DNA from: the human T2T-CHM13v2.0 reference genome, Homo sapiens
Assembly: GCF_009914755.1 (NCBI RefSeq)
Contig: NC_060944.1
Length of the DNA: 64,000 nt
Direction: 5' to 3' (one strand)
Position 1 is the first letter of the stretch. Each line of letters begins with the position of its first letter. Positions 13,811-28,319 of the stretch are shown here, piece after piece. A model generated the notes under the pieces. It made no database searches. It was not told the DNA's origin and saw only the letters and a program-made list of their open reading frames with translations. A program made the position numbers and the translations under genes.

Positions 13811-14578
13811 CTGAAAACATACATATTTTATTCACACACAATTTATTTGGAGAGCTGCATTTTAAAACTACATTTGCATAGGTATTTTTCCATAAATAAA
13901 CCTACTCTACCAGCAAACTTTTCACAACTCGGCCTACTTTCTTTAGGAAATACAAGAAAGCATGCACCTCTGGAAGCAGAATGCTTGCTGACCATCAAAA
14001 TCTGTTTCCCCCTCCCCACATGGCATATGCCCAGCTACACCACTTCCTCAGCTTCCTCCATAGTGAGGGGCAGCCTATGACTAGTTCTCTCCAGTGGAAT
14101 GTAAACAGACATGTTGGGGGCCACTCCCAGGCTTGGGCCATATATCTAACTTTGCATCCTCCTCCAGGCCTTCCACTTCCCATGAGCTAGGAGGGCTATG
14201 ACCAAGTCCAGAGTGACACTGTAAGCTAGACACCAAAATGGCAGAACTGTCAGGCAGGTTCCTAAGTAATTACAAAGGACACAAGGTACCTCCAACCCCA
14301 GTGTCTCTACCACTGTCAAACCCTTAGCAGCCACACTGGATTGTTAGAGAGCTATGAAGCCCTAATTACACCTTACGTCTATGACTTGCAGCACAGACTA
14401 CACACACTAATACCTTAAGTGTCACCTAGAATAAGGGTGTTGCCGTCAATCTAAAATATATGGCATCAAGTGGAGAAGAAACAGAGATCACAGGCCAGAA
14501 AGCTAGAAGTCCTTGTCATGCTGTGGTAGAAGTTAGTGAAATCAAGCACGTGACAACTCAGAAAAAAGAACTGGTGTC

Positions 14579-14952
<374 letters not shown>

Positions 14953-15100
14953 TTAGCACAGTTTTGTAAGAGCTGAACTCTGCAAAGAATCAGCTGGTTT
15001 GTAGACGGTGGTAGACAGCCTTAGAAATAAAGCTCTCATAAGATTGAAAAAACCTTCTATACCCCAAATAACAAGAGATAAGTATGAGCAGCTCTTTAAA

Positions 15101-15390
15101 CCAGGGCTCTAGCCAAAGTTTTTCTCTAACAGGTCAGACAAGAAATATTTTAGGTTTTGTGCATCTTTGTTGCAACTACTCAGCTCTCTTGTGGTAGCAT
15201 AAAAGCAGCCATACACAAGATATAAATGAATAAGTGTGGTTGTGTTCCAATAAAACTATATTTATGAACAATGAAATTTCTAATTTCATATAATTTTTAC
15301 ACGTCGCAAAATGCTTTTTTCTCTCAAGGATTAAAAACCGTAAAAACCATTTTTAGCATGCAAACATACAGAAGCAGGTGGTGGGTTTGC
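15101..15390 (+). mobile_element. MER58-like hAT-Charlie DNA transposon
   Basis: TTGCAACTACTCAGCTCT...AAAGCAGCCATA...TGTGTTCCAATAAAACT motifs. Confidence 0.7.
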
Positions 15391-15930
15391 AGGATGCTTG
15401 AATGACAAAGGTTTCACAGCAAATGCAAATGAGGGAGCTAGCAGTCTCTGAAAATCAGATTAAAGGTGCTGCCTTTCTGCCCAAGCCCATTAGTTAAGTG
15501 GCTTCAAGGCAGCTCCTAGTGAGTTAGAAGAGATTTGCAGGGACAAGAAAACAAATAAAACAAAACAGGCCATGGAACTATAGGCAGCTTTCATTTGTGA
15601 TGCACTTTGTCTTCATTCACTTAGCATCTGTTACTGAGCACCCACTTTGTAAATAGGCATCATGCTAGGCTCAGGGCTGTGATGGTGAGCGGAACAGTCA
15701 TGGGCCCTGCCCTCACAGAGCCCACATTTTAGAGGGAGGAGATGTACCTTCATCAGGTAATCTCACATGTGTGTACATGACAGCTCTGACAGGTGTTCCA
15801 AAGAAATATTTTCTTCCAGAGAAATATTTTCTTCCAGACTATTTCTGTGTGTGACTAAGTATTTGCAAAAAGAGAACCACAGTACACCTGTTCTTTTATA
15901 GCTGCATTTTAAAATTCAGTATTCCGTGAA

Positions 15931-16367
15931 GGTCAGGCATGATGGTCCATGCCTGTAATCTCAGCATTTGGGAGGCCAAGATGGGAGGACTGCTTGAGTC
16001 CAGGAGTTTGAGACCAGCCTGGGCAACATGAAAAGACCTCATTTGTATGAAAAATTAAAAAATTAGCCGGGCATGGTGGCACATGCCTGTAGTCTCAGCT
16101 ACTTGGAAGGCTGAGGTGGGAGGATCGCTTGAGCCCAGGAGGCTGAGGCTACAGTGAGCTGTGTTCATGCCACTCCAACCTGTCCAGCCTGTGGAACAGA
16201 ATGAGGCACACGCCACCATTCCTGGATAGTTTTTTTTTTTATATTTTTAGTAGAGATGGGGATTTCTCATGTTGCCCAGGCTGGTCTTGAACTCCTGGGC
16301 TCAAGTGATCCTCCTGCCTTGGCCTCCCAAAGTGGTAGGATTATAGGCATCAGCCACTGTACCTGGC
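15931..16367. mobile_element. Tail-less sense AluJ (15931-about 16206) fused directly to an antisense Alu left arm (about 16207-16367)
   Basis: Orientation switches at ...GGAACAGAATGAG|GCACACGCCACC... with no poly(A) or spacer. Confidence 0.85.
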
Positions 16368-17314
16368 CTTTTTTTTTTCAAGAGAAAAAAAGAGTATGTC
16401 ACATTTCATTTTATCTGCTCTCAAGTTTATGGAGACCCATGTGTTGGAGACCATGCCTGGGCAGCAGAAATGACACAGCACTGCAGGCTCCTGCCCCAGA
16501 GTGCCCTTCTGACCACTGTGAAAGAGGAAGCTGGAACAGGAGCCTCTGCTGGCAAAGATGCTCTGCGCACAGTGCTCATCCCCGCAAGACTCACTCAAAC
16601 CTAAATAAAGATACTGTGGCCATCCCAGACACCCTGACCAAATAAATACCCCAGCCACACCAGATCCATCTCCCTCCCGTTCCATCATCAATTCCACACC
16701 AGGGAACAAAGGAGGTTCAGATCCAGCTCCATCACCTGCCTCCAGGATCCACAGATAACCTTCCAAAGAGAAGGCTCACACACACGTCAATGCACAGGGT
16801 GGCCCTGACTTGATCAAGATCAGGGAGTATCCTCAGAAAAGTATGGCAATTATAAAAAAAAAAGGTCAAATAATAAATTTTATGTAACAAATATGAGCAA
16901 ATTTTGTGCTGAATAACCAACAGGTGGAGGTCACACAGTCAAAAGAGTGAACGTTAACAATGCCAGTCCAATTTCAGTAACGCCTAGCAGATCCTTCCCC
17001 AGACCAGGAAGACTCCATTTGGTATGGTGGAGGTAGGGGTAGCATTTGTTTATTTAGCAAATATTTAGACCCCACTAGGTCCCAGAGTTCTGGGCTCTTG
17101 GGACACATCAGCAAAGCAGAGACAAAGCTCTCTGCTGACACGTGTGCCCAATCTGGCGGAGGGAGAGAGACAACCAAAATGAGAATGATGAGCAAGCATA
17201 TGAGAGGGCATATTGTAAGGAGACATCTGCTCAGCAATACAAGAAGTTAAGTGAGGTGTGTGGGGATCTACTATGTCTTCCTGGGGGGCTAAATTAACTA
17301 GGGGGTCATAATAG

Positions 17315-18140
17315 TTAATCATGGAAATAGGTAATAAATGAGCAAAAATGGAAGGGCACGGGGAAGTTAGCCATGTGGACTTGAAAGATGTGAGGAGTCA
17401 GCCACGTGGACATCTGGGGAAGAGCTTTGCAGACAGAGGAAATCGTGGATACAAAGGTCCTGAGGCAGGAGCGCTCATCTGGCATGTGTGCGGAACAGCA
17501 AGGAGGCCAGGACGGCCATGCAGGGTATGCAAGAGGAGGAGAATAACAGAAAAGAGGAGAGGCCAGGCCACACAGATGCATGGGGAGTGTGGGGCTGGGA
17601 GGAAGCAATTCAGTGGAGCCATGAAGGCTCTGCACAGCTCCAGCTGTTCCTCTTAGTGAAAGGGGTCTAATGACTGTCAGCAGTAGAGAAACAGAGTATG
17701 ATGCAATGCTTAGAAGGCTCACTCTGGCTACTCTGTGGCATGGGGATGTGGGGTTGGCAAGGTAGGGAGAGCAAAAGCAGGGAGACCGGTTTGAAGGATC
17801 CTGCAGCGATCAAGTGTGAGCTGAGAGACAAGGTAGTGAGTTGTGCCAAGACTTGGGAGCAGGAAGGACACCGCTCACAAAAATTGCTCACAGGTTGTAG
17901 AGAAAGAGAAAAGGCAAGGAAGCCTGTAGTTTAGCGGGGAACACTGGGTTGGGGACATCTGAGAATCCAGTCCCAGACATGTTGGGTTAGAGATGACTGC
18001 TGGACGAAGTGGAGAGGTCAGCAGGCAGGTGGATACAGTAATCTAGCATTTGGAGAGAGGTCTAGGCTGCAGTCAGATTTCTGAGTCACTGGCACACAGA
18101 TACTTAAAGCTGTGATGCTGACTGAGTGTACAGAGGTGAC
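17315..18140 (+). mobile_element. L2 fragment (old)
   Basis: Degenerate GAGGAAA..CAAAGGTCCTGAGGCAGGA...AGCAAGGAGGCCAG motifs. Confidence 0.6.
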
Positions 18141-18467
18141 CTCTTACACTTTCTTCACTGGGCCTTAGAGTACTAAGCAATACAGCTGAAGGTTCTTTTG
18201 GCAATGCTAATGTTCTGACATGAATCAGAGAGAGTGGAAACAACAGGTGATCTCTGTAAATCTTAATCAGCTCTCATGTCTTAGATGTCCACTCCAGGAA
18301 AACAGCCCATCTACTTAGCCAGCTAGTAGACTTTGCCAGAAAGTCTCCAGGCAAGGCCATCTATGACCACTCTACACCTACGATCACTCTCAGACTGAGG
18401 AGAGGAGAGTTCTTTGAGTCAGCTTATCTGCCTGCTTCACATCTGAGGAAGTGTGCCCACTGCTTAC

Positions 18468-18545
18468 CTTCTCAATGTCTACAAGTTCAGTCTCATAGAT
18501 CTCTGCAATAGTAATGTGGTGCTTGGCTGCAATTGTAAACCTTCC
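18468..18545 (-). CDS. NAPB: NAPB exon 5 (78 nt): [26 protein letters not shown]
   Basis: ttcccctag|GGA ... AAG|gtaagc. Confidence 0.97.
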
Positions 18546-18684
18546 CTAGGGGAAAAAACAAGAAACAGTCACACACCGATTTTACCTATCTGAATGCCAG
18601 TTTGGGAACATAAAAAAGAAAGATAGAACTCTAAGCCATCTCAAGACTCCACCCCACAGCCACTCAAGCAATGCAATGTCTTAC

Positions 18685-18731
18685 CATGTCTGTGTAAATG
18701 TCGATGGCTGCATTTAAGCAGTTGATAGCCT
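18685..18731 (-). CDS. NAPB: NAPB exon 4 (47 nt): (E)AINCLNAAIDIYTDM
   Basis: cgcttcag|AGG ... ATG|gtaaga. Confidence 0.97.
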
Positions 18732-20617
18732 CTGAAGCGTAGGCATTTAAGAAAAACAATGAAAAATCCATTCAGTCAAAGAGGGTTCAGGTGAGGCTGT
18801 CTTCCTGGCTGTTATCAGAACGTTAATGAGGTATAATTTTGGAGTGGAGGGTGGGCAGGTTAATGAGAAGCAAACAAAAATCATGCACAAGTCCAGATTC
18901 ATCAGCATGGCTTTGTTCCCAGCAGCTATAGTATAATTTAGGGAACTGTAGCTGGAGTAACATTGGCTTAGTTACTCTTAACCTTAAAGTGAGGACTCCA
19001 TCCAGGCAAAAGACTGTATTATAAAGAAAATAAAACCATAGAGGTTGTCACCAACACTGATAAATTGTATCTGCTAAAATATGAATGCAAACATATTCCT
19101 CATTAATACCATGCATATATATTAATTTTGGAACATGGCACCACATCACAAGAACAATCACCTCAATAGATTCTACTCTCCATGCAGCCAAAAGCAAAAG
19201 CACTTTGAAATGCCTATTCAAACAACCCTTAAGCAAAGTCAACATTCTGTATAATGTTCAAAGATGCTAAATTGTAGCATACTAACAAAATGAAGAAACA
19301 AATCTAATAAATAATAATGCTAATAAATTTTACTAATTTTCTAAACAAGTGAGCCAAAAAATTTTCCCTATCATAAAATGATGGTGTTTATAATGCTGGC
19401 ATACAGTGACAGCTCCAAGTTTATTACGTTTGGTTTAAAGAGGCAGCAAAGTAGAAAGGCCTGACTACAAAATTAGAAAGGTAAGCAGATGAACAAAAAT
19501 TAAAACAATTTCCCTCTAAACTACATAAAAAATGTGGATCCCTGTTACACCTTTTAAAATACAGAATATAAAGAGAAAAATAATCTATCAATAATCCCGC
19601 TCAAATCCGTTGTTAGTACTCAGATGTACTTTCCTTTTGCGTTTATTAGACACATTTCTATATGCACAAACTTTTTTCTGAAAATGAGATTATACAACAT
19701 TCAGTCTCATGTGCTTCTTTAATTGACATGTAAACATTTACCAGGTCACTGAAGATTCTCTGAAACCAGGGATTTTAATGCCTGCACCATATTCTAAAGT
19801 ACTGATGCATTACAATGTTACCACTCTAACAGCTTATTTAACCTGTGTCCAGTTTGTCACTTTGGGAAATAAACTGTGATTAACCCTTATACCAAAGGTA
19901 TTGAAGATACCCTATTTCTTTATGACATATTTATTCTCAAAATTTGGGATCTGTGTGTTAAACAAAATGGACTGCTAAAAGAAAAAGGAAAAACACAAAA
20001 TTTCCGCTGTGCACGCGTGTGGAAGGTAAGAAATTAATACTTTTAATTACACTCTTCTAACTAAAAAGAAATAATCTTTGCAAAATTTTACCACATTAAA
20101 TATCCAATTGCATTCTTTCCTCAAAACAAATACTTTGAAAAACTTTTTAAAAAACCAAATGAATACTGTATGAATCAGACTTTTTAACGATTGAATATTA
20201 CAATCTCCCATTAACTGGATCTGAAAACTCCTTAGGTATTTAGGAGTAAGGGAACATAAGAGTTTCCTTTTATGAACAATATACATTTTCACAAAATTAA
20301 GATATAAGAAGTCTTAGATAAAATTAAAGGTAATTTCCAAAAAATTCTCTAAAATGCAATATAAATAAGAGTTTAATTAAATGATGCTATAAAGTAAACA
20401 GCCAGTATAAATTTAACATAATTTCTCCTCATAAAAGCCCCCAAATGATTAAAAAAGAAAAATCCCTAAGGTTATCAAAATTCTCTATTATTCCAAAATA
20501 CAAAAATTACTTTTTACCAGGACTTGAAAGCACACCAACACTGACCTTAACGTTGAGGGAAGTACTGACTGGTTAGTTACACACAGAGATAGCATGCTAC
20601 ATGCCTGGCTGTCTTAC

Positions 20618-20734
20618 CTTGGGGATCTGCCTTTTTGTAAGCATTTCCAGCATCCACAAAGCTGGTAGCAGAGTCATGTTTGCTCTGAAGCTGCATGTGG
20701 AGCTTGGCTGCCTGACAAAATGCGTTTCCTGCAG
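20618..20734 (-). CDS. NAPB: NAPB exon 3 (117 nt): (A)[38 protein letters not shown]
   Basis: tcttcttcag|CTG ... CAAG|gtaaga. Visible inside ORF 20577..20831. Symmetric phase 1/1 exon. Confidence 0.97.
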
Positions 20735-21889
20735 CTGAAGAAGACACTACAATTAAACACAGAGGAACAAGTCCCCCCCAGAGCAGCCCATGCTGTAAGC
20801 ACTGGACCTCCCTAGAAAAATTATATTCCACTGAAAAGAAGCATTCTAGTCAGAAGCAAAAATCCATGTGGTCCAGTGCACCTCGGGCAAATATAAAAAT
20901 AACCAGAATCAAGTCAAACAGCGATGAAAGCTTCTCCACCTCAGCTCCAGCAGACTTTCCAAGTGTCCCTGGGCACTAAGCCACTATTCCCTGATCTGTC
21001 CATTCAATACCAGTAGCCAAGTCTTGGGCTACTCAATTCAATTCCACTAACATATAATAAACATCAGCTAAGGGCTTCAAGCCACAAATGATTAAAGAAA
21101 GGTAAAACACTGAGCGCAAAGATATTTGCTCACTTTTCTATCTTAGTGTCTCCTACACTTAGCTGTCGGTGTGGAAGAAACTGCTAATGAAGGCTTCATG
21201 GATAAAGTAAGTTTCCTAAAAAGTGAAAATCAGGCCCACAATTTTGAAATCCAAAAAAGTCTAAAAATCCAAATTTTTTTCTTTACTTTATAGCAAAATC
21301 TGACTGAAATTTATATGAGGTTTAATCTATTTTACCCCATTTAGTGTGAGAATTTACAAATTTCCCTGCAGAATCACTGATGGATCTGGTTGTGGGGTAC
21401 CACCCAGGTCTCCAACTGGGACACAGTACAACATATAAGGTACATGAACTAATCTTTTTCAGAAAAGGTTTTGGATCAGGGACCATGGATTCTGGAGTGC
21501 TGGAAAAGAAAGAGGGAAGGAATCGCTAGCAGAGGAGTCACAGGAACACAGAAGAAATGCTTGAAGGTAAGAAAGGGCTGGAAGTGGAGGCCAGTGACAA
21601 GCCTGCCCTGACTGGAGGAGGCCAGTGGAAATCAAGGCTGAGGCTGCATCAGGCCACTTCCCAGAGGGTTTAAACATCAACATGCGAAACTTCCTGAGTT
21701 CAGAGAAAGCAACACAGCAGAGTGCCTCTGAAAAATGAGTCACATTGGGGAAGTCAGTACAGCAGAAATGGAGAGGAAAGAATCTGATCTACCAGGAAAA
21801 GCATGGTTAAGAATATCACAAAGCCTTTAGGTTTCTAAAAAAATTATCATAAAGCAGTACTCACTGCTGATATTAAACATTTGCTATAA

Positions 21890-22532
<643 letters not shown>

Positions 22533-22764
22533 CCGTAAACATCCAATTCTGCTAAAGCTTCAGCTGCATCTCTTGTTCCAACTCCCTCTCCCCAGAGGAA
22601 ATGCACAGTTCTCATGTGGGTTTCTGAACCTGAGGGCAAAGGGACAGTACAAACTCTGGAGCCCACCTGCCCAGGTTCAATTCTTGCTCTGTACCACAGT
22701 TTCTGATTAAAAAGAGTACCCAGGCATCTTTGAAAAATATGTAACCACCAGCATGACATGGGTA

Positions 22765-23128
22765 GTGCTACGATCTGAATGGCAGTATCCCCCCAAAATT
22801 TGTATTACTGGAGCCTGATATCCAATTTGACAGTATTAAGAGGTGGGGCCTTTGGGGGAGTGATAAAGTCATGAGAGCACCACCCTCATAAATGGGATGA
22901 GTGCCCTTATAAAAGAGGTTGAAGAGAACTGCCTTGCTCCTTCCACCACGTGAGGACATAGCAAGAAGGCGCCATCGTGGAAGGTGAGAACAGTCCTCAC
23001 CAAATACGGGATCTGCTGGCACCTTGATCTTAAACGACCCAGCCTCCAGAACTCTGAACAATACGTTCATTTTCTTTATAAATTACACTAAGGTATTTTG
23101 TTATAGCCGCAGGAAGAAACCAAGGCAC
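22765..23128 (+). mobile_element. MLT1A-like MaLR solo LTR
   Basis: TGCTA..TGAAT start, GTATTAAGAGGTGGGGCCTTTGG, TCTGCTGGCACCTTGATCTT, CCAGCCTCCAGAACT. Confidence 0.8.
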
Positions 23129-23787
23129 TGAACAATCAGAGTACATGCCAGCCTCAGGGCTAGAGCTGGAACTGAAGAAGCCCTGCTGGCCCCTTGTGAA
23201 TCATGAGAGGCTGGTGGGTATCCAGAAGGGGCAAAGGCCACTGCCAGGACAGTGGCCAGGCACCTGGGGTACTTGGGGCAGCACTTAACCATGAAGTGGC
23301 AACTCAGGAACATATCTGGCTAAGTGGGAGCTTTAATGGGCTCTGCCTCAGAAGAACGTAGTAATAGCTTGGACTTCGCAAGTAAAGTGCTTAGAAGGGC
23401 CTGACTCACATTACACACGGTGGCCACTTTCATTATTACATGCAAATCTAGCCTTAGATCATATCTGTGGTTTGGCATATTGAAATGCCATCTTTTTTTT
23501 ACAATCTACATCCTTGCTCTCCTGCTGGCATTTCATTTTTGATAACTTATCTATGTTTCCTGTCTCAGAATCAGTCATGGGCCATCCTTTTCTTGCTCAG
23601 TAATACCACAACACCCAGGCTCTTCTGGGCTACCTCCATTTCTCCAGACAACAGTAAGCGCTTTAATTTTACATTTTCACATTCCCACATTCCAAAACGA
23701 GTTGCTGGCTTACTTTTTCACTCTGACTATTCATTCCAATCACTGACAGCAAATGCTAGCTCGGTCTATCTAAACTTGGAAGTGTTG

Positions 23788-24100
<313 letters not shown>

Positions 24101-24319
24101 TCATATATTAAATTAAATGGTCTCTGGGAAGCCACACAACTTAGGCTAAATTTCCTCACCCGCAAAACTGGTATAATACCTGTGAGGATGATCTCTCAAA
24201 AGCTGAGTATCAAACAAATTAGCTTAGTCATTATGAAAGAACTTTTAAAACTATAAAGAGATGCAATGCTGTTATGATCATCACCAATGCAACATGGATA
24301 GAACTTCAAGGAGTCTAAT

Positions 24320-24780
24320 ATTCATCCACTCAACAAATATACTGAGCACCTATGACTTTGCAGGTAATAATCCAGGGCCTGGAGATACAGCAGAGATAAA
24401 AACACACAAACATGGCCTTCCAAGGTTTACTTTCTAATGAGAATCACCATATAATAAAAACATGTAAATATAAATGAATAAAACATTATGTAATTTATTT
24501 TTGCTAGATGGTGATAACAGTGTTGGAGAAAGAAAAAAAAAAAAGTTTCCAGGAAGGACAAGATTGTTATTTTTAAAAGGGGTGGCCAGAGAAGACCTCA
24601 CCAATAAGTTGACATGTGAAGAGGGAGCTGAAGGAAGCAGGGACCCAGCAACATTCTGTTTGGGGAAAGAGTAGGGAGACAGAGGGAACAGTACATGCAA
24701 AGGCTCTGAAGTGGGAGCTGGGTGCACAAGGAAGGGGATAGTCTTTGAGGGCCACTACAGAGACGTCAGCTCTTATTTGG
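24320..24780 (-). mobile_element. L2 3' fragment
   Basis: TTCATCCACTCAACAAATATACTGAGCACCTA...GGAGATACAGCAG pattern. Confidence 0.55.
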
Positions 24781-24823
24781 AATGATATGACCTTACTTAA
24801 CTTGTGTTACGTTACTTCATTAA

Positions 24824-24957
24824 CACATTTATGCCTAGTGTTCCTTCACTGGAACGCTAGGCACGTGGGAGTTATTTATATCCTATCCTACTGCTCAAGG
24901 TCATCGCCAAGGTCTGATTTCCAAAATTCAAAAAATTGCAACCTCAGACATAAATGG
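24824..24957 (+). mobile_element. MER85 (piggyBac/PGBD3-derived MITE)
   Basis: TTAA|CACATTTATGCC...GTTCCTTCACTGGAAC...CTGCTCAAGGTCATCGCCAAGGTCTGAT...GACATAAATGG, with inverted termini. Confidence 0.85.
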
Positions 24958-25146
24958 AAACAGACTGGAAAAGTGCAGCAGTATGACAATGTCAGGAGGC
25001 TAGAGCATCACCCCAGGCAACAGATGACGCGGGGTGCACATACAAAGCCTCCTTAGTTACATACATGATCAGTGGCCTCTCTGAAATGGAATTTCCAAAG
25101 GTTAGAATACCTCATCACCAGATACAATAAGTAATAAGTGGTCTCA

Positions 25147-25480
25147 GCCGGGCACAGTGGTTCATGCCTATAATCCCAGCACTTTGGGAGGCCGAGGTGG
25201 GTGGATCGCCTGAGCTCAGGAGTTCCAGACCACCCTGGGCAACATGGTGAAACCCCGTCTCTACTAAAATACAAACAATTAGCTGGGCGTGGTGGCGCGT
25301 GCCTGTAGTCCCAGCTACGAGGGAGGCTGAGGCATAAGAATCGCTTGAGCCCCAGAGGCAGAGATTGCAGTCAGTCAAGATTGTACCACTGCACTCTAGC
25401 TTGGGCTGCAGAGTGAGACTCTGTCTCGAATAAATAAATAAATAAACAAATTAAGTAAGTAAATAAATAAGTAAGTAAGT
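25147..25480 (+). mobile_element. Alu with (TAAA)n tail
   Basis: Full Alu. TSD-like TAAGTGGTCTC / TAAGTGATCTC. Confidence 0.92.
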
Positions 25481-26539
25481 GATCTCTTCAGGTAAGATCA
25501 CTTTTTACTTATAAGACCTGAACAAAATAAAAGAGGGAATGTGAAACAAACTGTTTTCTCCTCCATTTTAAAAATACAATATAATTCAGGCGTAGGTGTG
25601 TTTTGAAAAATAGCATATCTAAAGCCTTAGCTAAAACTAAACTTCTTACAAAGATCTTTAAAGCCAGAAGAGACCTTTTAGAATCATCTAGCTCAAAAGC
25701 ATTTTCTCCTTTGAAATGATTTTAAAGTGTCTGCCTTGAAACAGCTTGTAGAGGGCGAGTCCCACCTCCAATCCCACAGCAGCTGTGAGCCAGAGCACAA
25801 CACCCACGTCCCCTGCTCTGGTCAACGGTGGTCTCCATTTTCACTACAGAAATATCCCATCACTAAGGCATGAAAGATCTCTTTCGCTGAAGGGAGAGGG
25901 ATGAATTTCTCTCAAAGAGCCATCCCATCTCAGACCAATGAAAATAATAATCCTGTGAATTTTGTTATGCCCGGTCTCACTGGGTAGAAAGCATTACTTT
26001 AAAAAATAACCATGAGTCTATTGAGGTTAATGTAAATCCATCCCCCTCCCCCCAAACCCCACTTTCAGTTCTCAGTGGAATCACAATCAGTTATTGCGTA
26101 GCAGGGAATGGTCATTCTCAACCAATGTTCAGGTAAAGAAAATTCTCTTTATCCCACTAGTTTTAATGACTTTTATTCCAACTTTCATTCCTTATGGCAC
26201 TGTGTTTATTTGAACATATTAGTAAGAAGCAAAGATTACTCTAATTCCAAGTAATTTTAACTATTTTAAGTTACCACATGCCTACTGTATTAAGAAGTTT
26301 ATAGAAACTAAGACAGACACTGTCCCTGTGCTTAAACTTAAGCCAGGCTTTCCAGCTTCATTCACTTAGAGCACACCCCTTTAGTCTCCATATGTCAGTA
26401 GCAGCCACATCAGTTATTCAGCACTGACATCTGTCTCTGGGGCCAATAGTCTTGCTCTTCAAGGGGAAAACAGTCATTTCTCCCTTCAAAGTGATTTTAA
26501 ACCATTTGCCTAAAAAGCAAACAAAAACTTTGTACATAC

Positions 26540-26619
26540 CACTCCAATTTTTAGCCATCTTGAACATATTTGCAGCTCTGGTATACATTTCACAAGCCTC
26601 TTCTATTCTTGTGTTTCCT
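26540..26619 (-). CDS. NAPB: NAPB exon 2 (80 nt): (G)[26 protein letters not shown]
   Basis: ctttttctcag|AGG ... GTG|gtatgt. Confidence 0.97.
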
Positions 26620-26860
26620 CTGAGAAAAAGTTAAAAATTAGATTTTTAACAACCATCCACATCTCTAATTCTCCCTCCCTCAAATGATTAACATTTAGTA
26701 TATACTTGCTATGTGCCAGACAAGCATTACAGAATCTTAACCTCTATTTAAAGGAGATACTCTTACTATACCTGTTTTCCAGATGAGGAAACTGGGGTGT
26801 TAAGTGGTAAAGTAACTAGCCCGAGGTGACACAGAAAGGATAGCTCAGAATTAAGACTCA

Positions 26861-27218
<358 letters not shown>

Positions 27219-28319
27219 TTATTCTGATTACATCTTTAATCAGAGTCCTTCCCATCTATAAAAGCTGGAAGTTTTATATCAGTCTGAGTAGTTAAAAGTA
27301 CGTTTTTCAAAGGAGATTAAATTTTGAAGGATAAAGACATCTTTACCCTGTTATCTCCCAAGAGTTCAGCACTATGTTTATTCAGAAGCCACGTCTGATG
27401 AGAAAGTGGCACGACATTCTACAGCTGTATGATGTCAACTCTGGTAAGGGCAAGTCCTTCTCCAACCTGGAGGAAGCCTCAGGGTCCGGCCCAGTTTAGA
27501 AATGTATTTTGCAACACCCTGAGAAATGCATTTTACAACACCCTGAGAGAAGGGTACCTCCACTGTTGCTTGGACATATACAGTTCTGCAAAGTTCTTTA
27601 CCAAGCAGCTGATTCCACTGAGGGACAGCTTTAAGCTACTTGGAAATTTCTTCTCACATAAAAGCCAAAATTATCCTCCGTAATCCTCCCAGAGTTAACT
27701 TTGCTTTTACTATGCTAAGGCCCCTCCATGAAAGACGTTTATCTATCTTGTCTATTTATAATCATAAAATAAACAGTGGAAAACTGAGATGCAGCAGACT
27801 CTGTACAGTATACATAACAAGGAACTCGGTGGGGTATGGACATAAGGACTCAGAGACAGGACAGGTCAAGGCTGACACTGGATGCTGGGCCTGGTATGAA
27901 CACATGTACATGAAAGAGTGCACACACGTGTTAGGAACTCCATTAAACTCCAAGCTCCAGCAGAGGAGCTTGCAGCTCCCTGTCAACACAAGTCCTAGTG
28001 CAGAGCAGAGGCTGGGCATACAGCAAGGCTCAGGTGTGACTCAGACCTTAGGCAATAACTACTAACAGTATGGCCCTGGACCAGTTCTTTAACTCCTTCA
28101 CACCTCAGTTTTGGCATGCGTAAACTGAAGATAATGTATACCTAGGAGTTATTATGAGGATCAAAAGAAATAATCCACATACAGCTGCCACTGCAGAGCT
28201 TCACCCAGAGCAGGTACTCAATCAGAATGGTTATCATATCTAGATCCATGTATGGAAGGCATAAAAACCTTTGGGAATATTACATTGTATGTCTCATGAG
28301 GAACATGTATCTAGAATAA

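Noticed and set aside
20577-20831. 84-aa minus-strand ORF as a standalone gene
   Set aside because: It is NAPB exon 3 plus flanking intron read-through.
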